Part shown: positions 61,815 to 64,000 of the stretch, in pieces | Numbering within the stretch: position 1 is the stretch's first letter | Layout of the letters: each line of letters begins with the position of its first letter | Assembly (NCBI GenBank): GCA_031385045.1 | Contig: JANNBC010000024.1 | Coordinates: 64,001-128,000, forward strand | Length of the DNA stretch: 64,000 bases | Direction: 5' to 3' | Origin: a bacterium | GTDB taxonomy: Bacteria > Bdellovibrionota_C > UBA2361 > CALJRW01 | Notes under the pieces: model-generated | The model's database searches: none | Told to the model about the DNA's origin: nothing | The model's input: the letters and a program-made list of their open reading frames with translations, nothing else | Translations under genes and position numbers: made by a program

Positions 61815-62882
61815 ATGTCAGATTTCCAAAAAATCCTCCAAGCTTTTAATCATCCTTTCCCCATGAATACCAATGTGCGAGCTATTAAGATTGGTATTAT
61901 TAATGATACTTTTATTGTAAGTGAGCCTTCACAGAAGTTTATTCTCCAAAAAATCAATCACCATGTTTTTCTAAATATTCCCGAATTAATGTCGAATATT
62001 CGGCTAGTTTTAGATCATCTACAAAGATTCCTAGTACCGACAGATCAAGATCGTTACCCATCATTAATTGCTACAAAAAATGGTGAAGATTTTTTTCTTG
62101 ATCAAGATGAGAATTATTGGAGATTGATGACTTTAGTTGAGGAGACTAGTAGCAGTTATATCTGCGAGTCATTAAGTGATGCCGAAGAAGCGGCTAGATC
62201 TTTAGCTCGTTTTCAAAAATACCTAGCACCACTAAAGCAAAGCGATTTTTTTATTACGATTGAAAATTTTCATGATATTAAATCGCGCTTAGTAACATTT
62301 AAGCAGGCAGTTGAGACGGATGCTTATGGCTTACTTCAGAAAATAAAGAAGGATGTGGATTATTTGTTAGGACTTGAGCCTTGGATTAATAATATTGTGG
62401 AGATCTTGGAGCAGACGCCAGATCGTATTGTTCATAATGATTTGAAGTTTAATAATATTCTTTTTAATGATCGGCGGCAGGCAGTTTGCTTAGTTGATTA
62501 TGATACGATGATGCCAGGGAAAATTGCCTATGACTTTGGCGAATTAGCTAGAACAGTAGCCTGTAATTTAGTTGAGGACGATCCCCACTACTTAGATGTT
62601 GCTGTACGTAAAGAATATTTTGTAAGCTTATTTAAAGCATATCATCAACAGACAAAAGAGCTACTTGAGCCGAATGAGGTTCAGTCAATTGCCTATGCTC
62701 CTAGTTATATGACTTTAATTTTAGCAATTCGATTTTTGGCAGATTACTTAAACGGTAGTCAGTATTTTAAAGTTGACTATGCCGAGCATAATCGTGATCG
62801 GGGGCTTAATCAGTTGTATCTTTTCAAACAATTTCATGCGCTGGAGTCGGAGTTTCTAAGAGAGATTATTAATAATAAATAA
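61815..62882 (+). CDS. Aminoglycoside phosphotransferase-family kinase (N-acetylhexosamine kinase-like)
   Basis: GIINDT, LQKIN, HNDLKFNN, DYDT, RFLADYL.G..YF. Confidence 0.82.
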   Translation: MSDFQKILQAFNHPFPMNTNVRAIKIGIINDTFIVSEPSQKFILQKINHHVFLNIPELMSNIRLVLDHLQRFLVPTDQDRYPSLIATKNGEDFFLDQDENYWRLMTLVEETSSSYICESLSDAEEAARSLARFQKYLAPLKQSDFFITIENFHDIKSRLVTFKQAVETDAYGLLQKIKKDVDYLLGLEPWINNIVEILEQTPDRIVHNDLKFNNILFNDRRQAVCLVDYDTMMPGKIAYDFGELARTVACNLVEDDPHYLDVAVRKEYFVSLFKAYHQQTKELLEPNEVQSIAYAPSYMTLILAIRFLADYLNGSQYFKVDYAEHNRDRGLNQLYLFKQFHALESEFLREIINNK

Positions 62883-62883
62883 T

Positions 62884-64000
62884 TTATTTATCATGATGAC
62901 TGAAGATATATGTGACGCAGTAGTCTTCTTGGTGCCCAATACGCTCTACTTGCAGTCCTGTAATTGGCGCTAAATCTGCACCTGAACCCCAAAGGATTAT
63001 TTTACCACCAGGTGCTAAGTAATTAGCTAAACATTTTAAATCTTGGTGAAATTTTAATGATTCTCTAGAGTTGTCGTGTAGATCCGTAAGTGTTTTTGCA
63101 GGACTACCTTTCGGATTTAAAAATGGACTATTAATAGTTATCAAATCAAATTTCCAATTAGATCTTTGCATTTTCTCTAGGGCTGTTTGAGGATTATCCG
63201 CCTGACAAAGTTGGGCATTTGCTTGGTGTACTTGATTTAAGAGAAAATCTGCTCCCGCGACTGCTATCGGATTGATATCATAGGCACAGATACTAGTATT
63301 TGTTCCAGATTGTTTGGCTATATTATTAATTATAGTTGGAATAATCCCAGAGCCAGTTGCAATATCAAGTACTTTGAGATCCGCAGAGCACAGGCAGAGT
63401 TCTTTGGTAGTTTGAATAATAATATTATAAAATTTTTGGTCAAATCCTAACTGTGGAGTATATACAGTTGGTGGGTAGGGAGTTAATAAATTAGAACTAC
63501 TGCTTAGTATAAATGATGGTTTTTGAAAAAGCTTAGGACTATTGATTGTTCCATAGGGAATGTTAATTTCTTGAAAAGTTTCTCCCAGTGTATCGATGAA
63601 GCAAACTGTACAAGATTTGTTTGCTAAACGAATATTTGATAATTCATACCCATTAATTAATTGGACTAGTGCTGGTGATTGCGGATTCTTGATATAATTT
63701 GAGATATATTCAGTCAGTAGTTTATCTCTAGTTTCTAATCGCTCAGTCCAAAGTTGCGATTGTATACTTAAGGGCAAATCTGAATTAAATCTAAATGCAT
63801 CAACTGGCAAACTTTGAATTGATAAATCCCACATTGGAAAGGCAGTTATTTTTTCACGTTGAAATAGTGGTAAATTGACCGGAAGAATTGCAATTGGAAT
63901 ATTGAATTGGTCAATTAGCAAATCGAGTTGGCGATCTTTTAAGTCATGAGTTAGAAGGTGAGCACTAGGATCAGTAGATAATTTGTAAGGGAAAAATTTA
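62884..64000 (-). CDS. Class I SAM-dependent methyltransferase domain protein, 5'-partial
   Basis: LDIATGSG, DINP, FDLITINSPF; frame stays open from 63921 to the window edge. Confidence 0.7.
   Translation of the reverse strand, partial: KFFPYKLSTDPSAHLLTHDLKDRQLDLLIDQFNIPIAILPVNLPLFQREKITAFPMWDLSIQSLPVDAFRFNSDLPLSIQSQLWTERLETRDKLLTEYISNYIKNPQSPALVQLINGYELSNIRLANKSCTVCFIDTLGETFQEINIPYGTINSPKLFQKPSFILSSSSNLLTPYPPTVYTPQLGFDQKFYNIIIQTTKELCLCSADLKVLDIATGSGIIPTIINNIAKQSGTNTSICAYDINPIAVAGADFLLNQVHQANAQLCQADNPQTALEKMQRSNWKFDLITINSPFLNPKGSPAKTLTDLHDNSRESLKFHQDLKCLANYLAPGGKIILWGSGADLAPITGLQVERIGHQEDYCVTYIFSHHDK

Overview
Bacterial chromosomal window with an AT-rich appearance and an LPS-diderm gene set (gmhA, mlaA, tripartite RND pump, type IV pilins, a sigma-54-type promoter). 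It is mostly housekeeping: hemJ, ilvBN-ilvD, uup, hemC, dus, phrB, leuS, a CCA-type enzyme, msrA, htpX, pdhAB and an orphan fliA, plus tRNA-Ile(GAT), tRNA-Asp(GTC) and tRNA-Ala(TGC). No CRISPR-cas, prophage or intact IS was recognised. The most notable signals are non-coding or absent from the ORF track. (1) A SAM-I-like riboswitch variant with a non-canonical P2 precedes a divergent MetX-like enzyme. (2) A Cys/His-rich secreted ORF ending in NAPP, resembling DUF2946/CruR/CutF arrest peptides, heads a heavy-metal module. (3) tRNA-Asp is flanked by a 5' half cut in the anticodon and a hairpin-interrupted 3' fragment. (4) A ~144-nt rod-shaped RNA candidate and a UAS-IHF-sigma54 promoter lie upstream of fliA. 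(5) REP-like GNA-loop hairpins recur, including a perfect 44-bp direct repeat. (6) A decaying glycosylation region next to tRNA-Ile carries an IS5 remnant and two broken GT4 genes. All calls come from manual reading and motif recognition; no database searches or folding programs were run.
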